From contig CAOJRP010000004.1 in the NCBI GenBank assembly GCA_948442015.1, forward strand, positions 4,665 to 68,664: DNA of 64,000 bases, in the 5' to 3' direction. Positions 54,092 to 63,374 of this stretch are shown in pieces (position 1 is the stretch's first letter; every line of letters begins with the position of its first letter). The DNA comes from an uncultured Erysipelotrichaceae bacterium. GTDB taxonomy: Bacteria > Bacillota_I > Bacilli_A > RF39 > UBA660. Made by a program: the position numbers and the translations under genes. The notes beneath the pieces are model-generated. The model did not search any database. It was not told where the DNA came from and was given only the letters and a program-made list of their open reading frames with translations.

Positions 54092-55107
54092 AATTAAGAA
54101 GATTTTTAAAAGATAAATTATATTCTATAATTATAAATATTTTTGGTCTTATTATAATGTCTTTAATATTATTGGCTTTTAAAGTAGATAAATATATTCT
54201 TGTTTCTTTATTATTTATTTTTATAATTTGTAGTCTAATAAATTTATGCATTGATTATTTCAGGAAGAAAAAGTTTTATACCTATTTACTGGATAATATT
54301 GAGTCTTTAGATAAAGCTTATTTAGTTTTGGAGACTTTAGAGAAACCAGAATTTTATGATGGAGAAATTTTATATCAAGCTTTATATGAAATTAACAAAT
54401 CTTTTTTAGATAATATTAAAAAATTTGAAAAAGCGAATAAAGACTTTAAAGAATATGTAGAAATGTGGATACATGAAGTTAAGCTACCTCTTTCTGCCCT
54501 TTCTTTAATGGTTAATAATCATAAGAATAAGTTAAACAAAGAAATAAAAAAACAAATTAAAAGGCTAGAAGATTACGTAGAGCAAGTGCTATATTATGTT
54601 AGAAGTGAGAATGCAACGAAAGATTTTTACATTAACAAAGTAAATTTAGGAACGATTATTAAAAATATTGGTTTGAAAAATATGACTGAACTTTTAGAAA
54701 GTAAAATTGAATTTATCACAAGTAATGTGAATGTTTTCGTTTATAGCGATTCGAAGTGGTTAGAGTTTATCATCGGTCAAATAGTTAATAATGCGATTAA
54801 ATATAAGAAAGAAAGTGCTAACTCGTATATTAAAATAAGTACTACAGAAACTAAAAATGATGTTACTCTTTTTATAGAAGATAATGGTATAGGAATCAGC
54901 TCTACAGATATTAGACAAGTATTTAACAAATCGTTTACAGGAGAAAATGGTCGAAACAAAACAACTTCCACTGGTATGGGTTTGTTTATTGCTAAAAATA
55001 TGTGTGAAAAATTAGGAGCTAAAATTGCTATTGAATCAGTCTTAAATGAGTTTACCAAAGTTTCCATAACATTCTCTAAAAACGAATTTTACGAAGTAAT
55101 TAAGTAA
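54088..55107 (+). CDS. intramembrane-sensing histidine kinase (BceS/YxdK-like)
   Basis: Two N-terminal TM helices with almost no extracellular loop. H-box WIHEVKLPLS. N box IVNNAIKY. G boxes EDNGIGI and GMGLFIAK. ATGA overlap with the regulator. Confidence 0.85.
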   Translation: MKLRRFLKDKLYSIIINIFGLIIMSLILLAFKVDKYILVSLLFIFIICSLINLCIDYFRKKKFYTYLLDNIESLDKAYLVLETLEKPEFYDGEILYQALYEINKSFLDNIKKFEKANKDFKEYVEMWIHEVKLPLSALSLMVNNHKNKLNKEIKKQIKRLEDYVEQVLYYVRSENATKDFYINKVNLGTIIKNIGLKNMTELLESKIEFITSNVNVFVYSDSKWLEFIIGQIVNNAIKYKKESANSYIKISTTETKNDVTLFIEDNGIGISSTDIRQVFNKSFTGENGRNKTTSTGMGLFIAKNMCEKLGAKIAIESVLNEFTKVSITFSKNEFYEVIK

Positions 55108-55109
55108 TG

Positions 55110-55133
55110 TTACAAAATTGTAAGATATTGTAA
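55110..55133 (+). promoter_or_regulatory. putative response-regulator box: TTACAA-AA-TTGTAA plus an extra TTGTAA half-site
   Basis: Perfect inverted repeat at 55110-55123, repeat half-site at 55128-55133, about 75 nt upstream of the ABC ATPase start. It has the TNACA-N4-TGTAA architecture I recall for BceR-type regulators. Confidence 0.45.
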
Positions 55134-55196
55134 TATTAAACGAACGACAAAATATTCTTTTTATTTTAAACTTAAAAGAGGAAAGGAAGAATTTTT

Positions 55197-55964
55197 ATGG
55201 AAAATATTTTAAAAGTAGATAATATTGAAAAGTACTATGGAAGTCGTTCATCACTGACGAAAGCTATTGATAATTTATCTTTGGAAGTAGAGAAAAGTGA
55301 ATTTGTCGCGATTATGGGTTCTAGTGGTAGTGGCAAAACAACTCTTTTAAATGTTATTTCGACAATCGACCATGTTACAAGTGGCCATATTTATGTTGGT
55401 GGAGTTGATATTACGAAGTTAAAAGGTACTGAAATTAATAAATTTCGAAGAGAAGAATTAGGCTTTATCTTTCAAGACTTTAACTTGTTAGATACTCTAA
55501 CAGCTTATGAAAATATTGCTTTAGCTTTATCAATTCAAAATGAAAGTGCTAAATCTATTGATACAAAAATTAAAAAAGTTGCTGAGGAGTTAGACATTAA
55601 ATCGGTCTTAACCAAATATCCTTATCAAATGAGTGGGGGACAAAAACAGCGAGTAGCAAGTGCTAGGGCCATAATCACAAACCCTAAGTTAGTCTTAGCT
55701 GATGAACCAACAGGGGCTTTGGACTCGAAATCAGCTCGAATGCTTTTAGAGAAGTTTAATTATCTTAATAACGAGTTAGGAGCAACAATACTTATGGTTA
55801 CCCATGACGCTTTTACAGCAAGCTATGCTAGTAGAGTAGTGTTTATTAAAGATGGGCAAGTTTTCAAAGAACTTTATAAAGGTGATGAAACAAGAAAAGT
55901 CTTTTTTGATAAAATTATTGATGTTGTAACTCTTTTAGGTGGTGACTTAGAAGATGCTCTTTAA
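55197..55964 (+). CDS. ABC transporter ATP-binding protein (BceA/YxdL-like, MacB-type)
   Basis: GSSGSGKTT, FIFQDFNLL, MSGGQKQRVASARA, LVLADEPTGALD. Confidence 0.9.
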   Translation: MENILKVDNIEKYYGSRSSLTKAIDNLSLEVEKSEFVAIMGSSGSGKTTLLNVISTIDHVTSGHIYVGGVDITKLKGTEINKFRREELGFIFQDFNLLDTLTAYENIALALSIQNESAKSIDTKIKKVAEELDIKSVLTKYPYQMSGGQKQRVASARAIITNPKLVLADEPTGALDSKSARMLLEKFNYLNNELGATILMVTHDAFTASYASRVVFIKDGQVFKELYKGDETRKVFFDKIIDVVTLLGGDLEDAL

Positions 55965-58032
55965 GTTATCTTTAAAAAATATCAAGAAAAGTATTAAAGA
56001 TTATGCTATTTACTTCTTTACTTTAATTCTTGGTATTTCTATCTTTTATGTTTTTAATGCCCTTGACTCGCAAACAGCCATGATGGATGTTTCACAAAGT
56101 ACTCGAGAACTTATTAAATTAATGATGAATATGTTATCAGCTGTTAGTGTCTTTGTTTCCTTTATTTTAGGATTCTTAATAATTTATGCCTCAAGGTTTT
56201 TGATTAAAAGAAGAAATAAAGAGTTTGGGATATATCTCACATTAGGGATGAGTAAAAGACGTATTTCGATGATTTTATTTTTAGAAACTCTTCTTATTGG
56301 AATCTTTTCTCTAATTGTTGGTCTTTTTATTGGAACAATTTTATCACAATTAATGAGTATTATTGTTGTTAATATGTTTGAAGCTGATTTAACTAAGTTT
56401 ACCTTTGTATTTTCGAAGTCGGCTTGTATTAAGACAATCATTTATTTTAGTGTTATGTATTTATTTGTGATGCTTTTTAATACTTTTAGTGTTAGTAAAT
56501 GTAAGTTAATTGATTTATTACATGGCAATAAGAAGAGTGAAAAGCTACGTCTTAAAAACCCTTTTCTTTGTATAATTGTTTTTGTTCTATCTGTATTAGT
56601 TTTATCTCGAGCTTACTACATGGTGACTAAAGGTTTTGTAAGTATGCAAAATGCTAAAGATATCTTTGTTCCGATAATCATGGGTGTTGTTAGTACCTTC
56701 TTTATCTTTTGGTCTTTATCGGGACTTGTTTTAAGAATAGCCAAGTCTTTGCCAAAATTTTATTATAAAGGTTTAAATAGTTTTACTTTAAGACAATTTT
56801 CAAGCAAAATAAATACAACTATTTTTAGTACAACAATTATTTGTTTAATGCTTTTTATCACTATTTGTTTACTATCCTCTTGTCTAACAATGAAAAATTC
56901 TATGAATGAGGGCATAAAGAAATTTGCTCCAGTAGATATAGAACTTACTAATAAGCGAAATATGGATAATGCTTATTTAAAACAAAGTTATTTAGATAAT
57001 GGAATAAATGAGACTCAAATAAATAATTCGCACATTAATGTCCTTGAAAAATTAAAGGAATTTGACTATGATATAACAAAGTATTTAAGTGATTATATAG
57101 AAATCAATATGTATGCGACTCCAGACTTAACTTTAAATCATACTTTGGGTTCGAAGTTAGAAAGTGTTAGAACAAACTATCCTTTTATAAAGTATGATAC
57201 GATGGAAGAAATAATTAAGATAAGTGATTATAATAAGGTGGCTAGGCTTTATGGTAGCAAAGAGTACAGCTTGAGTGATGATGAATACATTGTCTTAGCT
57301 GATTTTAAATCAATGGTTAATATTCGAAATATTGCTTTAGAAAACAAGGAGACAATTATTGTATTTGACCATACTTTACATCCTAAGTATAATGAATGTC
57401 AAGATGGTTTTGTAGAAATGTCAAGTCAAAGTATTAATGCCGGAATTATCTTAATTGCTGATAACATAGTAGATGAAAATTATCTTTATCAAGATATGCT
57501 CATGGGAAATTATAATACAACTGATAAACAAGAAATAAAAAATATTGAAAGTAGTTTAAATAGCCTTAGTTCAAATCCTTTAAAAGATACATATTTACTA
57601 CCAGATGGAACAACAAAAATATCTATCAAAGAATCAACAAATAGTTTAACAGTTATGGTTACATTTATTGGCCTATATATTGGTGTTATATTTTTAATTA
57701 GTAGCGCCGCGATAATGGGATTAAAAGAATTATCTGAAAGTAGTGATAATAAAGAAAGATTTAAAATATTAAGGCGAATTGGTGCTCCTGAAAAACTTAT
57801 TAACAGGGCGCTATTTAGACAAATAGGTATTTTCTTTTTACTACCATTAGTACTTGCTATTATTCATTCTGTATTTGGCATTCAGTTTGCTGTTAAAATT
57901 CTTGAAATATTTGGAACAGAGGAACTCTTACCATCAATTATTATGACAAGTATCTTCTTATTACTTATCTATGGTGGATATTTCTTAATTACTTATTACT
58001 GCAGCAAACGTATAATTAAGGAAAAATATTAA
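55954..58032 (+). CDS. FtsX-family permease (BceB/YxdM-like, 10 TM with large extracellular domain)
   Basis: 692 aa. Two FtsX-type 4-helix modules flank an extracellular region of about 230 aa (residues about 310-545). Overlaps the ATPase gene. Confidence 0.85.
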   Translation: MLFKLSLKNIKKSIKDYAIYFFTLILGISIFYVFNALDSQTAMMDVSQSTRELIKLMMNMLSAVSVFVSFILGFLIIYASRFLIKRRNKEFGIYLTLGMSKRRISMILFLETLLIGIFSLIVGLFIGTILSQLMSIIVVNMFEADLTKFTFVFSKSACIKTIIYFSVMYLFVMLFNTFSVSKCKLIDLLHGNKKSEKLRLKNPFLCIIVFVLSVLVLSRAYYMVTKGFVSMQNAKDIFVPIIMGVVSTFFIFWSLSGLVLRIAKSLPKFYYKGLNSFTLRQFSSKINTTIFSTTIICLMLFITICLLSSCLTMKNSMNEGIKKFAPVDIELTNKRNMDNAYLKQSYLDNGINETQINNSHINVLEKLKEFDYDITKYLSDYIEINMYATPDLTLNHTLGSKLESVRTNYPFIKYDTMEEIIKISDYNKVARLYGSKEYSLSDDEYIVLADFKSMVNIRNIALENKETIIVFDHTLHPKYNECQDGFVEMSSQSINAGIILIADNIVDENYLYQDMLMGNYNTTDKQEIKNIESSLNSLSSNPLKDTYLLPDGTTKISIKESTNSLTVMVTFIGLYIGVIFLISSAAIMGLKELSESSDNKERFKILRRIGAPEKLINRALFRQIGIFFLLPLVLAIIHSVFGIQFAVKILEIFGTEELLPSIIMTSIFLLLIYGGYFLITYYCSKRIIKEKY

Positions 58033-58041
58033 GAGTAGTAT

Positions 58042-59148
58042 ATGACTTATTTAATCTCAATTAAAACAGCAATTATTGTTTTTCCTTTCCTTGCTTTAAT
58101 CTTTACTTTTCCTTTTATTCTTCATGAATACCATAAATATGGCTCAATAAATCCTTACCGTGTTTTAATTATTTATTCATTTATTCTTTATATGATTACT
58201 TTGTATTTTCTGGTAATTTTGCCACTGCCAAATAAAAATGAAGTGGTAGCAAAACCGAATATGGTTAGGTTAATACCATTTAATTTTATTACAGATTTTA
58301 AAAATCAAACATCGCTAGTAATAAATAATCCTTCTACTTATTTAAAAGCCCTTAGGGAACCTTGTTTCTATACAGTATTTTTTAATCTATTAATGACTAT
58401 TCCTTTTGGTGCTTATCTAAGATATTATTTTAGATGTTCCTTTAAGAAAACAATTATTTTAAGTTTTTTATTAAGTTTGTTTTTTGAGCTTACCCAAATT
58501 ACAGGATTATATTTTGTTTATCCATATCCTTATCGTGTCTTTGATGTTGATGATTTAATAATTAATACTTTAGGTGGTGTTATTGGTTTTTGGATAGTTG
58601 GTGCTTTTATGAAGTTTTTACCAACAAGAGAAGAAATAGATGCTGAGGCTTTAAGAAATAGTGAAGTAGTATCGGGTCTTAGAAGAATTGTTATGTTTAT
58701 CTTAGATTGTTTTATTTTCCTATTTATTTATACTTTTTTAAGGATCTTTATAAGAGGACAATATTTATTACTAAGTCTTTTTATCGTTTATTATATTGTG
58801 TTTCCCTATTTAATGAATGGTACTACATTAGGAAGTAAGTTCTTGAATATAAGATTAGAATTTAAAAAATATAAATTATTAAATATAATTATAAGAATAA
58901 TATTTCTCTTTGCATATTATTTTGGAATACTTTATTTAATCTTATATGCTAACTATTTACTTGAATTAATATTTAATTTAACTCTTAAAAAAGATTTTTT
59001 TGTTTATATTTTAATATTTTTAGTTATCTTATTGTTTTATATAGTAGACATGATAATTTTGCTTAAAAATAAAAAGATGTTTTATGATAAATGGTTTCAA
59101 GTTAGTTATGTTAATACGATAAAAATTAGAGAGGAGGAAAAAAATTGA
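58042..59148 (+). CDS. VanZ-like domain fused to an RDD-family membrane domain
   Basis: N-terminal half: LIPFNF ... FFNLLMTIPFGAYL ... ELTQI ... FDVDDLIINTLGGVIGF (VanZ pattern). C-terminal half: GLRRIVMFILDCFIFLFIY ... 3 TM (RDD-like). Confidence 0.6.
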   Translation: MTYLISIKTAIIVFPFLALIFTFPFILHEYHKYGSINPYRVLIIYSFILYMITLYFLVILPLPNKNEVVAKPNMVRLIPFNFITDFKNQTSLVINNPSTYLKALREPCFYTVFFNLLMTIPFGAYLRYYFRCSFKKTIILSFLLSLFFELTQITGLYFVYPYPYRVFDVDDLIINTLGGVIGFWIVGAFMKFLPTREEIDAEALRNSEVVSGLRRIVMFILDCFIFLFIYTFLRIFIRGQYLLLSLFIVYYIVFPYLMNGTTLGSKFLNIRLEFKKYKLLNIIIRIIFLFAYYFGILYLILYANYLLELIFNLTLKKDFFVYILIFLVILLFYIVDMIILLKNKKMFYDKWFQVSYVNTIKIREEEKN

Positions 59149-59507
59149 AAAAATTACCTATCATTATTGGAGTTATCGCTTTTCTTGCTATATGTGCTGT
59201 AAGTTTTTATTTTATCTTTGAAAAAGACTATACTTATTATACAAGAATTGATAATACCAAAATTAAAGAAGTTGAAAGTAGTGGTGGAGTATTTGATATC
59301 CATGGTGGAATGAAATATGAATATAATTTAACGATGTATGATGAAAATGGTGCTTCTAAAGAAATAAAATTTGGCACAAATAGGGAGTTAAGAAATGAAG
59401 CTTTTTTGAAAGTTAAGTATTATCTTATTAGTGGTGTTAATAAGTGGGAAGAAGTAGAATATGATGATATGCCAGAAAAAGTACAAGAAAAGTATAACAA
59501 AATTTAA
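59145..59507 (+). CDS. YxeA family (DUF1093) small secreted/anchored protein
   Basis: TTGA overlap after GAGGAGGAAAAAA. TM/signal, then YYTRIDN...YEYNLTMYDENGASKEIKF...LRNEAFLKVKY...GVNKWEEVEYDDMPEKV, the DUF1093 pattern. Same position as yxeA after yxdJKLM in B. subtilis. Confidence 0.7.
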   Translation: MKKLPIIIGVIAFLAICAVSFYFIFEKDYTYYTRIDNTKIKEVESSGGVFDIHGGMKYEYNLTMYDENGASKEIKFGTNRELRNEAFLKVKYYLISGVNKWEEVEYDDMPEKVQEKYNKI

Positions 59508-59570
59508 TATTTATATTATTCATAACAAAAATTAATTGAAAGTATTAGAATAATGTGATATTATTTCAAT

Positions 59571-59641
59571 ATAAAGGACACGGGTAATTACTCGTCACCT
59601 TTTATTGGTGTCCGATACTTTATGTATCGGGTTTTCTTATT
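59571..59641 (+). ncRNA. putative about 70-nt antisense RNA (antitoxin candidate); its terminator may alternatively only end the yxeA operon
   Basis: TTGAAA (59536-41), 17 nt, TGa-TATTAT (59559-64). Hairpin CCGATAC-tttat-GTATCGG (59612-30) followed by TTTTCTTATTT. Overlaps the stop codon and 3' region of the minus-strand mini-ORF. Confidence 0.3.
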
Positions 59642-59717
59642 TATGGAATAGTAAATATACTATTATAAACAATAATATGTATATGATTACTAACAAACTT
59701 TGGTTTATTTTCTTCAT
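59637..59717 (-). CDS. 26-aa hydrophobic peptide MKKINQSLLVIIYILLFIIVYLLFHK (type I toxin candidate)
   Basis: Not in the ORF track (too short). AGGAG at 59730-59726, 8-nt spacer, ATG 59717, TAA 59639-59637. Candidate promoter TTACAA-16-TGtTATAGT at 59858-59831 on the minus strand. Confidence 0.4.
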   Translation of the reverse strand: MKKINQSLLVIIYILLFIIVYLLFHK

Positions 59718-60117
59718 AAGCATATCTCCTTTCATTCTTACATGTCTCCTAAAGATTTAGATTTCAACCAAACCCCTTGAAGTAAATAAGAAAAAAAGGC
59801 AAAACCGAAATATTTTCCATGTCCAAAGGTACTATAACATATGGAAAAATCCTTGTAAAATCACCATTTTCCGATTGTTGACGTGAATTTTTTGCGAAAT
59901 TTTAATTATTGCTTAGCAAAAAATTAATTATTGTAATAAAAAAACAACAATAACTCAAAAATTGGTAAAATTGCCAAAATTTTAACTTTTTAACTAGATG
60001 ATAAAAATAGTAGAATATTTAATAGAAAATATTTAGAGCAATTATACTTATTAAAATTAATATAAAAAAATAATAAAAATATGATATTATAATCTCATCT
60101 AATGGGAGTGTAGTAGT

Positions 60118-61284
60118 ATGGCTGATAATATGAAAATAGGAAAGTTTATTAAAGAAGAAAGAAAAAAATTATCTTTGTCACAAGAAGAATTTGCAAGTAA
60201 ACTTGGTGTTACTAGGCAAGCAGTAAGTAGATGGGAACAGGGAATATGTCTCCCAGATTATTGTTTAGTATCAATAATTTGCGAAATTTTTAAAATAACA
60301 GCTAATGAATTCTTAGTTGGCGAAAGAATAAAAAAAGAGAATGAAAAAGAAATAAATAATATATCAATAGAAATATTAAAAACTGAAAAACAGAAAAGAA
60401 AGAGATTGTTTATAACTTTGTTTTCTATAATTATTGTTTTACTTCTTTCATTTCTTTCATTTCTCATTTTTTACTTTTTTAACACTTACAAAAAAGTAGA
60501 AGTGTATATGGTTAGTGGAGCAACAGAAAAATTTAATATATATAATTCGTTAATGGTTGTTACTAATGATAAGACTTATATTAATCTTAGTGGCTTAAAG
60601 ACAAATAATGTTAAAGATATTAAAGAAGTATATTTGTATTTTTTAAAAGATGATAAAGAAAGAAAAATAATTTCTAATTTATGTCAAAATTATTGTTCAC
60701 CAGAGCAATTTGCTATTACTATAATTCAAAGAAAAGGTGGTAATGAATATTTTGAGTATAGTGATTTAGATATGCTTAAAGAAAATTTGTATATTAGAAT
60801 AACTTATTTAGAGGATGATTTAGAAAAAGAAGAAACTCTTAAATTATGTTTAATCCAAAATTATGTCAATGAAAATTTATTTTTTCATTATAAAGATGAA
60901 AGAGATTTAGAATCGAGTGTTATTGAAGATAATGCCTTTAAAGATAAAATAAAAGAAAAAGTTATAAAAGAAGGTTTTAAATTTCAAAAAGAAAAAAATA
61001 CTGGAAATGATGTATATGTAAAAAAATTTAGAAATGGTATTAAAGTGAAAGTTTATCTTGAACCTAACACGATAATTGTTGAAAATTCTAATGATTCTGA
61101 ATGGCTTATGTTTGATTATAGAATTAAAGAATATCGTTTTTCAAAATATGAAGATGGAGTAATTATAAAAGACTCTACAATGTTTAATGGTGAAGTAAGC
61201 TGTCCTTCTTTTGATTGCCAAGATGATATTGATTATTATAATTATTATATAGACAAATATATTAGTACTTTAATTGATTTTTAA
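60118..61284 (+). CDS. membrane-tethered XRE-family regulator, paralog of 28049..29221
   Basis: MADNMKIGKFIKEERKKLSLSQEEFASKLGVTRQAVSRWEQG, one TM, collinear extracytoplasmic domain ending ...YYNYYIDKYISTLIDF. Confidence 0.75.
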   Translation: MADNMKIGKFIKEERKKLSLSQEEFASKLGVTRQAVSRWEQGICLPDYCLVSIICEIFKITANEFLVGERIKKENEKEINNISIEILKTEKQKRKRLFITLFSIIIVLLLSFLSFLIFYFFNTYKKVEVYMVSGATEKFNIYNSLMVVTNDKTYINLSGLKTNNVKDIKEVYLYFLKDDKERKIISNLCQNYCSPEQFAITIIQRKGGNEYFEYSDLDMLKENLYIRITYLEDDLEKEETLKLCLIQNYVNENLFFHYKDERDLESSVIEDNAFKDKIKEKVIKEGFKFQKEKNTGNDVYVKKFRNGIKVKVYLEPNTIIVENSNDSEWLMFDYRIKEYRFSKYEDGVIIKDSTMFNGEVSCPSFDCQDDIDYYNYYIDKYISTLIDF

Positions 61285-61285
61285 G

Positions 61286-61307
61286 AGCAACCATAGGTTG
61301 TTTTTTT
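61286..61307 (+). repeat. GCAACC-NNN-GGTTG hairpin terminator, family member 4, followed by AAGCAAC-taact-GTTGCTT (61311-61329)
   Basis: GAGCAACCATAGGTTGTTTTTTT. Same stem sequence as the hairpins at 29233 and 30028. Confidence 0.55.
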
Positions 61308-61381
61308 AATAAGCAACTAACTGTTGCTTGTCAAAAAATGTAAGATGGATATATTATGGAATTAAGAAGTGAGTGTTGTAA

Positions 61382-62047
61382 ATGAATAAAAAATTAAATT
61401 TAATAAGTGCAATAGTGTTTAGTGTCGCTTTAGTATTATTTGGAGTTACTAGTATTACTTCCGAAATAGGTTTAGAAAAATTTGTAATATTTCAAGATTT
61501 AGAAGCTTTTGATTATTCACCTTTAAAAGCTTTTATAGATGTTTTTGGTCTTTCTTTATTAGCAATAATTATCTTAATATATCCAATTTATAAAGTATTA
61601 AATAATTTTAGAAAATTACCTGATAATAAAGATGATAAAAAGAAGTTGTTATTTAAACAAATCTTTAATGGGATAGCATTATGTCTATTTATTAAAATTT
61701 CCTCTACTCATTTATGGCCAGATATTTATCAAGAAAACGTTGTTATATGGAAAGATTTAATAGCGGGAATAATTTTAGTCTTTTTATTAATAGCGGTATG
61801 TATGGTAGTTGTATCAAAAAAGAAATATATAAATGAATATTTACAATTAATAACTTACTCGGAAATAATAATTGCCCCTTTATTAATAATAGGTTGGTTA
61901 TATTTTGAAAAAATAAATCCGCAATTAGATATGTATACTTATGAAAGAGGATTAATCTCTTTTGCAGTCCAAGATTTGATAAGAATATTAAATATAGTTT
62001 TACCTCTAGTCTTTTATCTAAAACTAAGTAAGAAAGTAAGTGATTAA
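61382..62047 (+). CDS. polytopic membrane protein (domain repeated in the next gene)
   Basis: About 6 TM. Aligns along its length with residues about 230-440 of the following ORF. Confidence 0.55.
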   Translation: MNKKLNLISAIVFSVALVLFGVTSITSEIGLEKFVIFQDLEAFDYSPLKAFIDVFGLSLLAIIILIYPIYKVLNNFRKLPDNKDDKKKLLFKQIFNGIALCLFIKISSTHLWPDIYQENVVIWKDLIAGIILVFLLIAVCMVVVSKKKYINEYLQLITYSEIIIAPLLIIGWLYFEKINPQLDMYTYERGLISFAVQDLIRILNIVLPLVFYLKLSKKVSD

Positions 62048-63374
62048 ATTGAAAAAAATATTCTTATTAATGTTAATTGTTCCATTTGTTATAGGAATTA
62101 AAAGTGTAAGTGCCGTAAAATTAACAGCCATAGATGGTACTGTAATTACTGATGAAAATAGAAGCCTTTATATGTGCAAAAATCCATATGGAGATATGAT
62201 TTTCAAAGAGAATTTAGAATATGATAATACAAAAATATCTTTGTTTTGTGAGTTTAAAGATGAAGAAAAAGCGATGGATAATTTTATCTCTCAAAATCAT
62301 GATATACTATCTTATATAGAAAAGAAATATAAATTAAAACCATTAAGTTCTGATAATTGGAAAAAATATAAAGAATATAATAGACAAACTTTAAGTGAAA
62401 ATAATATTGATAAAAATTTGTTAGAACAAGCTGAAGAGGCAAGAAACTTTTTTGGTTTATACGAAGATAAATATAGAAATGTTGAAATAACTTCTATTGT
62501 AAATAAATTGCAAAAAGAAAAATCAACTTTTAAAATAAATAATTTAATCGGAAAGTTAAATGGAATTACGCCATATTATTCGGAACAGGTAGAATTACAT
62601 ACAGGTTATGGAGAAGAGTCTAGAATGTTGGTGGCATTTAGGTGGTTATTCATAACAATTACTATAATTCTATCTGCTATAGGTATTCGTAAATTAGTTA
62701 AAAATAAAAGATTAAGACAAGCATTTATATTTAGTGTGACTTTAGTCTTCTTTACTGTTCTTAATGTTTTAGGAATTGTATTTACTGAAAAATTAATACT
62801 ATTTCAAAGATTAATATCATCTCGGTATTATCCATTAAATGCTTTTATAGTTATTTTTGGTGCCTCTTTATTAGCTATAATTATTTTAACTTATTTAATT
62901 TATAAAGTATTAGGAAATCCTCAAAAACTACATAGTAAAGAGAAGAAAAAAACATCTATAAAAAAGCAAATATTAAATGGAATATCTTTGAGTATTTTTG
63001 TAACTATTATTAATAATAATTTATGGTTAGAAGGACATTTAAATAAAAGTATTTATTTTCAAGATTTTATAGCAATGTTAGTTGTATTTCTCTTATTAAT
63101 AACCATATTTACGGCAATATGTGTAATAGGTGTGTCAAAGAATAAAGATTTAAACGAATATTTAAAATTAATATCTTATTCCGAATTAATAATTGTTCCT
63201 TTAATACTAATAGGTTGGTATTTCTTTAGTTTTAAGTCTAGAATAACTTATGAAAGTGCAATAGTTTCTTATGCTTGTGAAGATGTAATAAGAATATTAA
63301 ATGTTGCATTACCATTAATTTTTTATTTAAGATTAAGAAATAAAAAAGTAAAGAGAGTAAGGTGTAGTAAGTGA
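62040..63374 (+). CDS. secreted N-terminal domain fused to a copy of the 61382-type membrane domain
   Basis: Signal peptide (KKIFLLMLIVPFVIGIKSVSA; the real start may be TTG 62049). The C-terminal half ...LLAIIILTYLIYKVLGN...LISYSELIIVPLILIGW...DVIRILNVALPLIFYLRLRNKK mirrors the previous protein. Confidence 0.55.
   Translation: MIKLKKIFLLMLIVPFVIGIKSVSAVKLTAIDGTVITDENRSLYMCKNPYGDMIFKENLEYDNTKISLFCEFKDEEKAMDNFISQNHDILSYIEKKYKLKPLSSDNWKKYKEYNRQTLSENNIDKNLLEQAEEARNFFGLYEDKYRNVEITSIVNKLQKEKSTFKINNLIGKLNGITPYYSEQVELHTGYGEESRMLVAFRWLFITITIILSAIGIRKLVKNKRLRQAFIFSVTLVFFTVLNVLGIVFTEKLILFQRLISSRYYPLNAFIVIFGASLLAIIILTYLIYKVLGNPQKLHSKEKKKTSIKKQILNGISLSIFVTIINNNLWLEGHLNKSIYFQDFIAMLVVFLLLITIFTAICVIGVSKNKDLNEYLKLISYSELIIVPLILIGWYFFSFKSRITYESAIVSYACEDVIRILNVALPLIFYLRLRNKKVKRVRCSK

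Noticed and set aside
59576-59641. The structured segment GGACAC...CGGGTaattACTCG...GGTGTCC + terminator was considered as a small riboswitch (e.g. guanidine-II/mini-ykkC or preQ1-like) or attenuator
   Set aside because: No downstream plus-strand gene follows for about 480 nt. The conserved loop motifs of those riboswitch classes (paired ACGR tetraloops, the preQ1 pseudoknot core) are not present. The antisense-RNA/terminator interpretation fits better.
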